Position numbers and translations under genes: made by a program. A stretch of DNA of 64,000 nt from contig CADANC010000001.1 in NCBI GenBank assembly GCA_902789225.1, forward strand, positions 329,438 through 393,437, given 5' to 3'. The notes under the pieces were generated by a model that saw only the letters and a program-made list of their open reading frames with translations, had not been told where the DNA came from and ran no database searches. Positions 17,072 through 26,701 of the stretch are shown here, one piece after another; position 1 is the stretch's first letter; each line of letters starts with the position of its first letter. This stretch comes from an uncultured Erysipelotrichaceae bacterium. Its GTDB lineage: Bacteria > Bacillota_I > Bacilli_A > RF39 > UBA660.

Positions 17072-19138
17072 CTATCTCATATATATTAGTTTTGAATAAT
17101 ATGCGTTATTTGAAGTATCATAAATAACGAATATACAATAATAATTTGAACTACTATTAAAATCATCAAGTTTATATTCAACATCTTCTACTTTTATTTC
17201 ATAACCTTCAACTTCTCCAGTTTTTTCCCATTCGCCTGAGAACTCACCATTCTCATCAAAAATATGATAATCAGAACTAGCAAAGGCCATATATTGATAA
17301 TCTTTTGGATTCAATAGAACAGTATTTGGAAGTCTATTTTTATCTTCATCAAAATCCATTCTATAAATACCTTCAACTTCAATTTTATTATTTTTCTTAT
17401 TTAAAGAAAAATCAATCTCTGAAGCTTCCATATCAAATTTATTATCTCTAAAATCTTCTAAAATAACAGAACTACTATATTTTATATAATCATCTGTTTC
17501 ATCTGATTCAATTAAAGCAAGTGAATAACCCTTAAAATTAGGATCACTCTTATCAATTACTTCTAATTGTCTTCCTGTTATAGAAGCTTTTAAAGTATTT
17601 CCATCTAGCTTACTAATATTACCTATATAAACTACTTGTTGTGAATTAGGATCACTAGGAGCATCTCCAAAAACAATAAACTTAGCTTTAGCAAATGTCT
17701 TTACTTGCTCATCAGTTAATTCAACTTCAAAATCAGCTTTATTGTCTTTTATATCAGATACTTTAGTTTCATTAGCAGTAAAGTCATATGTCTTAACTCC
17801 ACTAGCACTAAGCTGTTTTACATTAAATTTCTTTATTAAATCATAATAACCACTTAAGTCATCAAAGTCTTTATATAAATTTAAGAATTCACTTTGAAAA
17901 CCACTTGCTCCATTATAAGGAAAATAAATACTTAATCCATTACTTCTATCATCAGTTGACCAACTATATATTACAGCATCATATATAGAATTAATTAATT
18001 TATCTGCTTTTGAACTAGATATATCTCTAATACCAGTAATAAATGTTTGAAGATCAACCATATCATATGAAGGAGCTTCACTACCATATTGTAATAGATT
18101 AGCTCTAACTTTAGCTATAGTATTAAAATCAGTATCAACATTTATCTCATTTGAAAACGCATTTAAATTCTTATTAACTTTATCAATCTTATCTAAATCT
18201 ATTAATGAATATGTAGAATAGATATCTCCTGCAAAAGATAGATTAGTAATAAATGATTTATATCCTTCAATAAAATCTCTACCAATCTCTTGAGGAGTAC
18301 TATCATATTCAATATTATTAATAAAACTAAACATAGCAGATTGAGGACTACCTAATGTAATTTCTTCAGAAGCTACTAAATAATCAGCATAATCTTTATA
18401 TACATTAGCCATTTCTAAACTACCGTTTAGACAGGTTCTAAATATAACTAGTTCCAATTTCTTATTTTTAGCAAAACTAGATTTACTTAGAGCACTTTCC
18501 ATCTCTTGTAAACTTAAATTATCATTAGATAATTCATCATATTCACTACCATCTATAGCTCCACCATGATCCCACATAACAAGATCATATCTATCGCTAT
18601 GATAGTTAGAATAAACATAGTCTAAATAATTTCTAAATACTTCCTCATCACCCATATTCTGGATTGATTGTTCTTTTACTTCTGTAAATCCATTACTTGT
18701 TAGTTCAAATATTGAAGTCTCGTTAGCATCAATAAAATTGTTTTGCCAAGACTTAGATCCTCCAGCTATTAGGACAACTTTAACGTGTTCATTATCCATT
18801 TTATTATAATCAACACTACTTAAATCTACAGTTCCTAATCCTCCTTCAGATTCTAGATTTGCTCCAACCATATATATCATTATAGTTCTAGTATGATATT
18901 TACCTTTATATGAAGCAAAAGCACTAAAACCAACAACTAAAACAACTACTAATAAAGGAATAACAATTTTTAAAACATTAACCTTTTTATTATTAGTAGA
19001 AGTAGTATTATTACTACTAGTACTAACATTAGTACTTGCATTAGGTGGACTATATCCTATATTTTGAGAACCGCATTTAGAACAAAATTTAGAGTTAACA
19101 TCTAATTTGTTACCACACTTACTACAAAACATAAACAC
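17072..19138 (-). CDS. N-terminal zinc-ribbon, single-pass membrane protein with extracellular clostripain-like (peptidase C11) domain
   Basis: It has a CSKCGNKLDVNSKFCSKCGS zinc ribbon and a TM helix (LKIVIPLLVVVLVVGFSAF). The C11-like His/Cys dyad context is YDLVMWDHGG ... LELVIFRTCLNGS, with about 46 aa spacing as in clostripain-family enzymes. An unknown C-terminal domain of about 350 aa follows. Confidence 0.6.
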   Translation of the reverse strand: MFMFCSKCGNKLDVNSKFCSKCGSQNIGYSPPNASTNVSTSSNNTTSTNNKKVNVLKIVIPLLVVVLVVGFSAFASYKGKYHTRTIMIYMVGANLESEGGLGTVDLSSVDYNKMDNEHVKVVLIAGGSKSWQNNFIDANETSIFELTSNGFTEVKEQSIQNMGDEEVFRNYLDYVYSNYHSDRYDLVMWDHGGAIDGSEYDELSNDNLSLQEMESALSKSSFAKNKKLELVIFRTCLNGSLEMANVYKDYADYLVASEEITLGSPQSAMFSFINNIEYDSTPQEIGRDFIEGYKSFITNLSFAGDIYSTYSLIDLDKIDKVNKNLNAFSNEINVDTDFNTIAKVRANLLQYGSEAPSYDMVDLQTFITGIRDISSSKADKLINSIYDAVIYSWSTDDRSNGLSIYFPYNGASGFQSEFLNLYKDFDDLSGYYDLIKKFNVKQLSASGVKTYDFTANETKVSDIKDNKADFEVELTDEQVKTFAKAKFIVFGDAPSDPNSQQVVYIGNISKLDGNTLKASITGRQLEVIDKSDPNFKGYSLALIESDETDDYIKYSSSVILEDFRDNKFDMEASEIDFSLNKKNNKIEVEGIYRMDFDEDKNRLPNTVLLNPKDYQYMAFASSDYHIFDENGEFSGEWEKTGEVEGYEIKVEDVEYKLDDFNSSSNYYCIFVIYDTSNNAYYSKLIYMR

Positions 19139-19191
19139 TCCCTCTATTATCTATAATTAAGTATAACTTAAACGGAAAAAAAAATAAAGAA

Positions 19192-19220
19192 AAAAAGTGC
19201 CTAAACACTTTTTATTTTTT
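19192..19220. terminator. bidirectional rho-independent terminator
   Basis: AAAAAGTG-CCTAAA-CACTTTTT is followed by ATTTTTT. Confidence 0.55.
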
Positions 19221-20408
19221 ACATATTTCGTAAGTATCTCTAATTATCATTAATTCTTCATTAGTAGGTTCTACATAAATAGGTACTTTTGAATTTTCAG
19301 ATGAAATAATTCCTTCATGTATTTCTTTAAATCCAGCTACTTTATTGTTAACTTCTTCATCTATTTCAAGTCCAATTGGAGCAAGTTTCTTAATAATAGC
19401 TTCTCTAGCTTCACTACCATTTTCTCCTACACCAGCAGTAAATACTATAGCATCAACATCTCCATCTAATTCAATATAATATCGAGCAATAAATGAAGAT
19501 ACTCTATCATTATACATTTTTAATGCTAATTGAGCCCATTCATCACCATAAGCAGCCTCTTGTTCAACATCTCTACTATCAGAATGTCCACTGATACCTA
19601 GTAAACCAGAATTTTTATTTAATTCATTAGTTACTTCACTGATATTCATTCCACTTTCTTTGCAAACATATTCAAGAATAGAAGGATCAATATCACCACT
19701 TCTTGTTCCCATCATCAATCCAGCTAACGGAGTAATACCCATAGTAGTATCAAAACATTTACCATCTTTAATAGCTGAAATACTAGCACCTGAACCAATA
19801 TGGCAAATTATTAAATTAATATCCTTTTTCTTTAATATTTTTTGCATTGTTTCAGTTATATATTTATGACTTGAACCATGAAAACCATATTTTCTTACGC
19901 CATATTTTTCATACCATTCACGAGGAACAGGATAAATATAGTTTTCCTTAGGCATAGTTTGATGAAAAGCAGTATCAAATACAGCAACATTCTTAACATC
20001 AGGTAAAGCTTCTTTCATAGCATTAATACCAGCTAAATTTCCTGGATGATGTAGAGGTCCTAATTTAGTTAAAGACTTAATATCATCAATAACTTCATCA
20101 GTAATAAGAACAGAATCAGAGTATTTTTCTCCACCATGTAAAACCCTATGTCCTACACCAACAATTTCTTTTAAATTTTTAACTGCTTTATTTTTTACTA
20201 ATTCATCTAATAGTACTTCAACAGCATCACTATGATCTTTTAAATATTTTTCTCCCTTTATTTTCTCTCCATTAATTTTAGTAGTCCAAAAAGAATCTTT
20301 TAAACCGATCTTTTCAAAAACTCCACTTATAATAACTTTTTCTTCAGGCATTTCAAACAATTGATATTTTAATGATGAACTACCTGCATTGATACATAAA
20401 TATTTCAT
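19212..20408 (-). CDS. ackA: acetate kinase (paralog 2, near-canonical motifs)
   Basis: The protein begins MKYLCINAGSSSLKYQLF and contains VGHRVLHG, PLHHPGNLAG, MGTRSGD and TNEEL. Confidence 0.9.
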   Translation of the reverse strand: MKYLCINAGSSSLKYQLFEMPEEKVIISGVFEKIGLKDSFWTTKINGEKIKGEKYLKDHSDAVEVLLDELVKNKAVKNLKEIVGVGHRVLHGGEKYSDSVLITDEVIDDIKSLTKLGPLHHPGNLAGINAMKEALPDVKNVAVFDTAFHQTMPKENYIYPVPREWYEKYGVRKYGFHGSSHKYITETMQKILKKKDINLIICHIGSGASISAIKDGKCFDTTMGITPLAGLMMGTRSGDIDPSILEYVCKESGMNISEVTNELNKNSGLLGISGHSDSRDVEQEAAYGDEWAQLALKMYNDRVSSFIARYYIELDGDVDAIVFTAGVGENGSEAREAIIKKLAPIGLEIDEEVNNKVAGFKEIHEGIISSENSKVPIYVEPTNEELMIIRDTYEICKK

Positions 20409-20482
20409 TTTTCCTCCTCAAAATACATACTTAAAATACCAAAATACATAGATAAAGTCAAATAAAAAGAAAGCAATGCTTT

Positions 20483-21679
20483 CTAATTATTATTAGTATT
20501 GTTATTAAATAAATCTTCTAAAGGAGTACCATCATTATTTGGTTCATTATTAGGTTGATTATCAGGAAAGATATCATCTTGATTAGAAGAATTAATACCA
20601 TCTATTCCATCAGCAGGAACATTATTTACTCCATCATTTGTCATTCCATTACTATTTGGAACATTATCACTATAATTAATAATTTCAGGATTATTATTAA
20701 CTTCAGGCTGATTATTAATAGTACTAGAATCAGTCATTGTATTATCAACCATAGTATTGTTATCAGCTGTATTATTATTCATAGTGTTATTATTCATTGT
20801 ATTGTTATTCATCATTTCATTATTTTGAGCATTATTAGTTGTTTGATTATTAGAAGTATTTTTATTTTTACTAGATTTAGAAACTACAACAATTACAACA
20901 ATAACTACTATTACAACACCAGCAACACAAATAAGTATATTAGTTTTATTATATAAAGCAAAAGTTAATTCAACATCACTTTGTTGAGCTACTAAATTCC
21001 AAGTTAAACTCTTACCATTATTAGATACAGATGTAGCATTATGACTAATTGGCTTATTAGGTAAATTAACAGTAAGATTCATCTCCATATTACTTAATGC
21101 ATCTGTATAATCAACATCACCATCAATAGGATAATCATCTAATAAACTTTCACCATCTGTAGGATATTCTCCTAAAGAACTATCATCACTAGAATAATCT
21201 CCAAGATCATCATCTTCACCTTCAAGTGCAATTCTTTCATCACCTAAATTAATATCATCAGGAGTATTTGTAGCTGAATCGCTCTCCATCTTTAAAGTAT
21301 AAACATTTCTAAAAAATCCTTTTTTTAGAGTAAACATAGATTCTTCAGATTCTGTATCAGTAGCATTTGCTATATTAAATGATGCATTTCCATCTGTTTT
21401 ACTAACATCATCTATATTCTTAACATGTTTCTTTAAAGTAACACCTACATAATCACCTTCAGCATAATCTTTTACTTCAAATCCTGATTTTTTGTATTCT
21501 TCAATATCCTCATCTTTAAATAATTCTTCGTCCCCCATTAAACTCTTATCTACCGCATAAAGAATATCTAAATCCATAGATTTATCACTTTTGATATCCA
21601 TAGTCATATTAAATTTAACACAACCAGTTAACAAGAACATCATTGCGATAATAAATAAATATTTAACCTTTCTTAACAT
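20483..21679 (-). CDS. lipoprotein with acidic extracytoplasmic domain, C-proximal TM helix and N/T-rich disordered tail
   Basis: A LTGC lipobox follows the signal peptide. A D/E-rich domain of about 250 aa is followed by the TM helix ILICVAGVVIVVIVVIVVV. The tail contains NNNTMNNNTMNNNT repeats. Confidence 0.55.
   Translation of the reverse strand: MLRKVKYLFIIAMMFLLTGCVKFNMTMDIKSDKSMDLDILYAVDKSLMGDEELFKDEDIEEYKKSGFEVKDYAEGDYVGVTLKKHVKNIDDVSKTDGNASFNIANATDTESEESMFTLKKGFFRNVYTLKMESDSATNTPDDINLGDERIALEGEDDDLGDYSSDDSSLGEYPTDGESLLDDYPIDGDVDYTDALSNMEMNLTVNLPNKPISHNATSVSNNGKSLTWNLVAQQSDVELTFALYNKTNILICVAGVVIVVIVVIVVVSKSSKNKNTSNNQTTNNAQNNEMMNNNTMNNNTMNNNTADNNTMVDNTMTDSSTINNQPEVNNNPEIINYSDNVPNSNGMTNDGVNNVPADGIDGINSSNQDDIFPDNQPNNEPNNDGTPLEDLFNNNTNNN
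20771..20815. repeat. 3 imperfect tandem copies of a 15-bp unit in the Asn-rich tail-coding region
   Basis: Read directly from the sequence. The unit recurs as attattattcatagt, gttattattcattgt and attgttattcatcat. Confidence 0.7.
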
Positions 21680-21720
21680 GTATACACCTCTCTATAATAA
21701 TAGAATACAACAAAAAAAGA

Positions 21721-22902
21721 TTATAGTAAACTACTGTAATCTTCTTTTTTTTCTATCTTTATAGTATTTATACTTTCAATTGCCTCATCAATCAACTCTT
21801 CATAATTAAATTTATTTTCTTCAAATATACATGTATCCAATTTAGGATTAATAACAGGATGTTTAGGAACAAAGACTGTACAACAATCTTCATAAGGTAA
21901 AATACTAATATCATAAGTATCAATCTTTCTACTAATATCAATTATTTCTAACTTATCTAAACAAGCTACAGGTCTAATTACAGGATAATTAGTTACATTA
22001 TTTATACACATCATAGAGTCAAGTGTTTGACTAGCGACCTGTCCAATACTTTCACCATTTACAATAGCCTTAGCATCATATTTTACGCATAATTTTTCCA
22101 TAATTCTGTACATCATTCTTCTCATTATAGTTATTACATAATCTTCTTTACAATTTTTATATATTTCTTCCTGAATCTTTGTAAAATTTACAACATGTAA
22201 GTTTAATTGAGGTGTATATTCAAGTAATTTTCTACTTAGATTTATAACTTTTTCTCTAGCTTCTAAACTAGTATGAGGAACCGCTTCAAAATATACACAA
22301 TCTAATTTTACACCTCTTTTTAAAGCAAGATAACCAGCTACAGGAGAATCAATTCCTCCACTTAACATGAGTAATGCACCCTTTTGTGTACCAACAGGAT
22401 ATCCACCAGAACCTTTGTATTTATTAAAATATACTAAAGTATTATTCTCTCTAATTTCAACGTTAACAAATAAATCAGGATTATGTACATCTACACTAAT
22501 ATTAGAAATATTTTTTAATAATAATCCACCAATAACACGATTCATCTCATCTGAGTGAATTGGAAAAGTTTTATCACTTCTTTTTACAATACTTTTAAAT
22601 GTTTTAAATTCTTTTTCTTTACATGCATCTAATACACACTTCTTAATAGATTCAACATCACTTTTACAGATATAAGCTATATCATATTCATGTATTCCAA
22701 ATACTTTACCAACTCTATCTAAAATATCATTTAAATCATTATCTAAGAATTCAATATACATTCTAGCCCTATCTTTATATACATTTACATCTAATCCTTT
22801 TAATTTATCTAAAACATTATGATATAAAGTATTAATAAAAAAGTTACGATTAGCCTTTTTAGTACTTAGTTCTCCATATTTAATCATTATTACTCTATCC
22901 AT
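21721..22902 (-). CDS. thiI: tRNA 4-thiouridine synthase ThiI (THUMP plus PP-loop)
   Basis: The SGGIDSPVAGY PP-loop motif and an N-terminal THUMP-like region are present in a 393 aa protein. Confidence 0.9.
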   Translation of the reverse strand: MDRVIMIKYGELSTKKANRNFFINTLYHNVLDKLKGLDVNVYKDRARMYIEFLDNDLNDILDRVGKVFGIHEYDIAYICKSDVESIKKCVLDACKEKEFKTFKSIVKRSDKTFPIHSDEMNRVIGGLLLKNISNISVDVHNPDLFVNVEIRENNTLVYFNKYKGSGGYPVGTQKGALLMLSGGIDSPVAGYLALKRGVKLDCVYFEAVPHTSLEAREKVINLSRKLLEYTPQLNLHVVNFTKIQEEIYKNCKEDYVITIMRRMMYRIMEKLCVKYDAKAIVNGESIGQVASQTLDSMMCINNVTNYPVIRPVACLDKLEIIDISRKIDTYDISILPYEDCCTVFVPKHPVINPKLDTCIFEENKFNYEELIDEAIESINTIKIEKKEDYSSLL

Positions 22903-22948
22903 TTAAATCACCGGCATTATTTTATCACAAAGAAAAAGATAAGTAAAA

Positions 22949-24676
22949 CTACTTATCATATAATTCTTCTAATTTAGAAGTAATCTCTTTATCAACAAGT
23001 CCTATTGCTTTAGTACTTGTATCTAAAGATAATTTATAATTACCATTGTAAAACTCTTTTTCAGCAGTATTTAAACCCTTATCTATTTCTTTATAGAAAG
23101 ATCTATATCTATTACCATAAACTATACTAGCTTCAGCCATTTTAGCATTTTTAATTAACTCTCTAGTCGTATTATATAGTTTTAATACTAAATCTCTAGC
23201 AGTATCTACTCTAGTATTTAATACTTTAATTTCTATAGGCTTCTTTTCTAATTCATTTATAACTTCACCTATAGCTTCATTAGCTTCCTCCAATTGAATA
23301 AAATATTCTTCAGTTATCACAGGAAGTTTATAACTATAAATAAGTTTTCTAGATTGTTGTAAGAAGTCTTCTATTTCAGTTAATTGTTCTCTAGCTCTTT
23401 CTTCATCATCATACATATTTCCTAATGATTTTAATGTCTTATTAAAGTCATCATCCATATCATTTAATCTATTAGATAAAGCTTCTAACTCATCAAATAA
23501 TAATGAATAAGGAGTAGCATTACTTTCATCTTTTAAAGTTAACTTCTTATAATCATCATTAATAACAACAAGTAATTTATTAGCTTCATTGATATCATTT
23601 ATATCTTCTTCACTAAGATTATATGTACTTTTAATATTATCCATTTCATTGAATACACTACTACACTGTTCATTAACTTTATCAAGTTTAATCCTAAAAC
23701 CATTTAATTCTTGTAAATAAGCTTTCTTAGATAATCTTTCTTTTTCAAAATCTATAAATAAAGATTGAAAGAAATCTAACATATTTTCTAATTCAAATTT
23801 ACAATCTTCTAAATTTAATAATTTAACTTTTTCGATAATCTTATCTATATTTTTTCTAGATTCATTAATATTATATTCAATGTTTAAATATTCTAAAGAA
23901 TAACCCTTCTCAGTCATACTATTATATGTTTCTTCAACTTCCTTAATAGTATCAGGCAAAACTTTATTACTGATTCTAATAATATCAGGTAATTCATTAA
24001 TAACAATTTCAATATGATTAATCATCTGTTCTAAAGCATCAAGTAATTTAACAGCTTCATCATAATCAGTTCTTGTCATTATTTTTTCAAAATCAATAAA
24101 TCTATTTTCAATATTTTCTAATTGTAATTCAACTGCCTCAGATATATCTCCATAACTTTCAATATGAGATTTATAATTCTCTTTAATTACTCTATATCTA
24201 GACTTTAAAGAAGTAATTTCTTCTCTAAATCTATTTTCACTAGAAGAAACATTTCTAATTTCAGCTAATAATTTATCAGCAGCTTCTTTAATTTTGTAAA
24301 TCTCAACCTGAACTTTCGCAATACGATATCCACAATTTTCATAATCACGATTATCAATGAAAGTATCTAATTCAATTAACATATCATCTATAACGCCTAA
24401 ACGTTTATCTTTAATCTCAGTAAATCTTTCTTGCCAGTTAACACACTTTTCACCCATTAAATCATTATTCTTAGTAATAGATTCTACTTTTGATAATTCT
24501 ACAAGTACAGGTGTAGATGCAACTTCATTTCTTTTTATTTCTAACTCTTTAATTTGATTCCTAAAATATTTAATATTGGCTCTTCTAATAAGGAATAGCA
24601 CAATAATTACAATTATCAAGGCAACAACAACACAAGATCCAATAATAAGATATTGTCCACCCATAAATAGAATCAC
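22949..24676 (-). CDS. ezrA: septation ring formation regulator EzrA
   Basis: An N-terminal TM helix is followed by an extended coiled-coil protein of 575 aa. It is divergent from rpsD and adjacent to thiI as in Bacillus. Confidence 0.85.
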   Translation of the reverse strand: MILFMGGQYLIIGSCVVVALIIVIIVLFLIRRANIKYFRNQIKELEIKRNEVASTPVLVELSKVESITKNNDLMGEKCVNWQERFTEIKDKRLGVIDDMLIELDTFIDNRDYENCGYRIAKVQVEIYKIKEAADKLLAEIRNVSSSENRFREEITSLKSRYRVIKENYKSHIESYGDISEAVELQLENIENRFIDFEKIMTRTDYDEAVKLLDALEQMINHIEIVINELPDIIRISNKVLPDTIKEVEETYNSMTEKGYSLEYLNIEYNINESRKNIDKIIEKVKLLNLEDCKFELENMLDFFQSLFIDFEKERLSKKAYLQELNGFRIKLDKVNEQCSSVFNEMDNIKSTYNLSEEDINDINEANKLLVVINDDYKKLTLKDESNATPYSLLFDELEALSNRLNDMDDDFNKTLKSLGNMYDDEERAREQLTEIEDFLQQSRKLIYSYKLPVITEEYFIQLEEANEAIGEVINELEKKPIEIKVLNTRVDTARDLVLKLYNTTRELIKNAKMAEASIVYGNRYRSFYKEIDKGLNTAEKEFYNGNYKLSLDTSTKAIGLVDKEITSKLEELYDK

Positions 24677-24779
24677 TCCAATCTTAATAACATTTTATCA
24701 TAATTAGGCCTTAATTTTCCATTATTTTTAATATTTTTGTATTTAAACAAAGAATAGACCTTATAAATCAATAAAATTG

Positions 24780-24808
24780 TTGACATTATTGACTATTTAT
24801 CATATAAT
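24780..24808 (+). promoter_or_regulatory. sigma-A-type promoter of rpsD (TTGACA, 17 bp spacer, TATAAT)
   Basis: TTGACA lies at 24780-24785 and TATAAT at 24803-24808 with an exact 17-bp spacer. Confidence 0.7.
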
Positions 24809-24959
24809 TAAACATGCAAATTCCTTGAAACAGCAGGTTTAGAATATTATTAAAGTGTTTTTGAAAAAAGTAACTTTGGGCTGTCAAAGTGAACAAAAAC
24901 TCCCTATAATATGACTAAACTATTTCATTGATTTGTAAAATAATGAAAGGAGAATTGAT
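24809..24959 (+). promoter_or_regulatory. rpsD 5' leader (expected S4 autoregulatory mRNA structure)
   Basis: An untranslated leader of about 150 nt separates the promoter from an AGGAGA RBS. Autogenous S4 control of the rpsD leader is established in Bacillus. The structure itself was not verified. Confidence 0.4.
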
Positions 24960-25562
24960 ATGTCAAGATATACTGGTAGTGAATTCAAAAGATCAAGAAG
25001 TTTAGGTTTTTCTACTACTGAAACTGGACGTGAATTAACTCGTAGACCTAATAGACCAGGTCAACATGGTGCTGATCGTCGTGGTAAATTATCAGATTAT
25101 GGTACTCAGTTAAAAGAAAAACAAAAAGTACGTTTCATGTATGGAGTAAGTGAAAGACAATTCCAAAAAACTTTCAGAGAAGCTTCAAAACTAGAAGGTA
25201 TTCAAGGTATGAACTTCTTAAAATTATTAGAATCACGTTTAGACAACTTAACTTATCGTATAGGATTTGCCTCAACAAGACGTGGAGCTAGACAATTAGT
25301 TAACCATGGTCATGTTACAGTAAATGGTAATAAAGTTGATATCCCATCATACAGATGTAAACCCGGAGATGTAATCTCATTAAAAGAAAAAGATATGAAC
25401 TTAAAAGTTGTTAATGAATCATTAGAAAAAGTAACTAAGAGAGTTGACTTCATCACTTATGATGAAAATAAAAAAGCAGGAACTTATGTAAGATATCCTG
25501 AAAGAAACGAACTTAATGCTGATATTGATGAATCATTAATCGTTGAATTCTATAATAAATAA
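24960..25562 (+). CDS. rpsD: 30S ribosomal protein S4
   Basis: The protein begins MSRYTGSEFKRSRSLG and has an S4 RNA-binding domain in 200 aa. Confidence 0.97.
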   Translation: MSRYTGSEFKRSRSLGFSTTETGRELTRRPNRPGQHGADRRGKLSDYGTQLKEKQKVRFMYGVSERQFQKTFREASKLEGIQGMNFLKLLESRLDNLTYRIGFASTRRGARQLVNHGHVTVNGNKVDIPSYRCKPGDVISLKEKDMNLKVVNESLEKVTKRVDFITYDENKKAGTYVRYPERNELNADIDESLIVEFYNK

Positions 25563-25563
25563 T

Positions 25564-25592
25564 AAAAGAGGATTAAATCCTCTTTTTTATTT
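25564..25592. terminator. bidirectional rho-independent terminator after rpsD
   Basis: AAAGAGGATT-AAA-TCCTCTTT is followed by TTTTTAT. Confidence 0.7.
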
Positions 25593-25597
25593 ATAAA

Positions 25598-26692
25598 TTA
25601 TTTAGTAAAGAAATAAATTACTCCAATAAAAATTATAAATACAATCATAAATATAATTAATAATAATGAATCACTCATTGCCATACCAGCTTGCTTATAA
25701 GAATTATCATTTGTATTTTTATTATCATTTAATCTTAATACTTTTGGCTTATTTATATCTTTAACTTTAGTATCAGCTTCTACACTAGGAGTCTTTAACA
25801 TTTCACTTAATTCATCACTAGTTTCTTTAACCTGTTCACTAACAGCACCTGCCACCGCCATACCAACAGCAGTTCCTACCATAACATCTCCACTTCTTTT
25901 TAAAGCAGATTCATCTTTTTGATTTTCATTATCAATATCTATTCTATGTTTTTCTTCTAAATTACCTTCTATATCAACAAGATTAGGGACTTCTCTTTCT
26001 AAAGCAGATTCATTAGTACCAGCTTCAATTTCCTTAGTATCACTAGTTCTCATATCTTCTAAACTGACATCATCATCATTTTTTAAATCATATACTTTTC
26101 CATATTTAGTTCCATCATCCATAGTAACAGTATCATACTCATCATGAAGAGTATTAGAAAAAGATATATAATCCTCCATAGTACTAAGACCTAGTTCCCC
26201 AATATCCCTTAACTCTCCAGGAATAGAATCTCTATACATTTCAAAAACACTTCTCTTAGTATTTTCAAATTCATTACCATCTAAATCAGAATCAACTAAT
26301 CTCTTATTTAAATAAGGACAATTATTCATAGCAGCTTGTAACTCTTCAGGAGTAGAAGCAGTTGCTATAGCAATTAAATTTAAATCAGTATTATTTAGAA
26401 CAACATTTTTCTTTTCTAGTTCTTCTTTCTTATCCATTTCATCTAATGATTTAGCCTCTTCTTCTTGTTTTTCATCAAAATCAAAATCTACATCTTGTTC
26501 AACCACTTGATCAATATAAGCTTGAACATCATCATTTACATTTTCAATTAACTCATTAACATCTAAATCAGAACCATCATATTTTGTAACAATACTGTTA
26601 ATAACACTATCAGGTAATCTAATCCCACTAGAATTAAATAAATTATCATTAATATTTTCTAAATAATCTTTAACTAATTCATTATTACTCAT
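25598..26692 (-). CDS. acidic tail-anchored membrane protein, unknown function
   Basis: A 364 aa D/E-rich protein. It has a Gly-zipper-like GTAVGMAVAGAV segment and one C-terminal TM helix (LLLIIFMIVFIIFIGVIYFF). Confidence 0.5.
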   Translation of the reverse strand: MSNNELVKDYLENINDNLFNSSGIRLPDSVINSIVTKYDGSDLDVNELIENVNDDVQAYIDQVVEQDVDFDFDEKQEEEAKSLDEMDKKEELEKKNVVLNNTDLNLIAIATASTPEELQAAMNNCPYLNKRLVDSDLDGNEFENTKRSVFEMYRDSIPGELRDIGELGLSTMEDYISFSNTLHDEYDTVTMDDGTKYGKVYDLKNDDDVSLEDMRTSDTKEIEAGTNESALEREVPNLVDIEGNLEEKHRIDIDNENQKDESALKRSGDVMVGTAVGMAVAGAVSEQVKETSDELSEMLKTPSVEADTKVKDINKPKVLRLNDNKNTNDNSYKQAGMAMSDSLLLIIFMIVFIIFIGVIYFFTK

Positions 26693-26701
26693 AATCCACC
26701 T

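Noticed and set aside
18730-18760. LPNTV motif inside the C11 peptidase protein as a possible sortase signal
   Set aside because: The motif is internal, about 80 residues from the C-terminus, and is not followed by a hydrophobic segment. It is coincidental.
24680-24960. The long rpsD upstream region as a possible riboswitch
   Set aside because: It is better explained by the known S4 autoregulatory leader. I could not verify the specific pseudoknot from the sequence alone, so it is called only as a leader.
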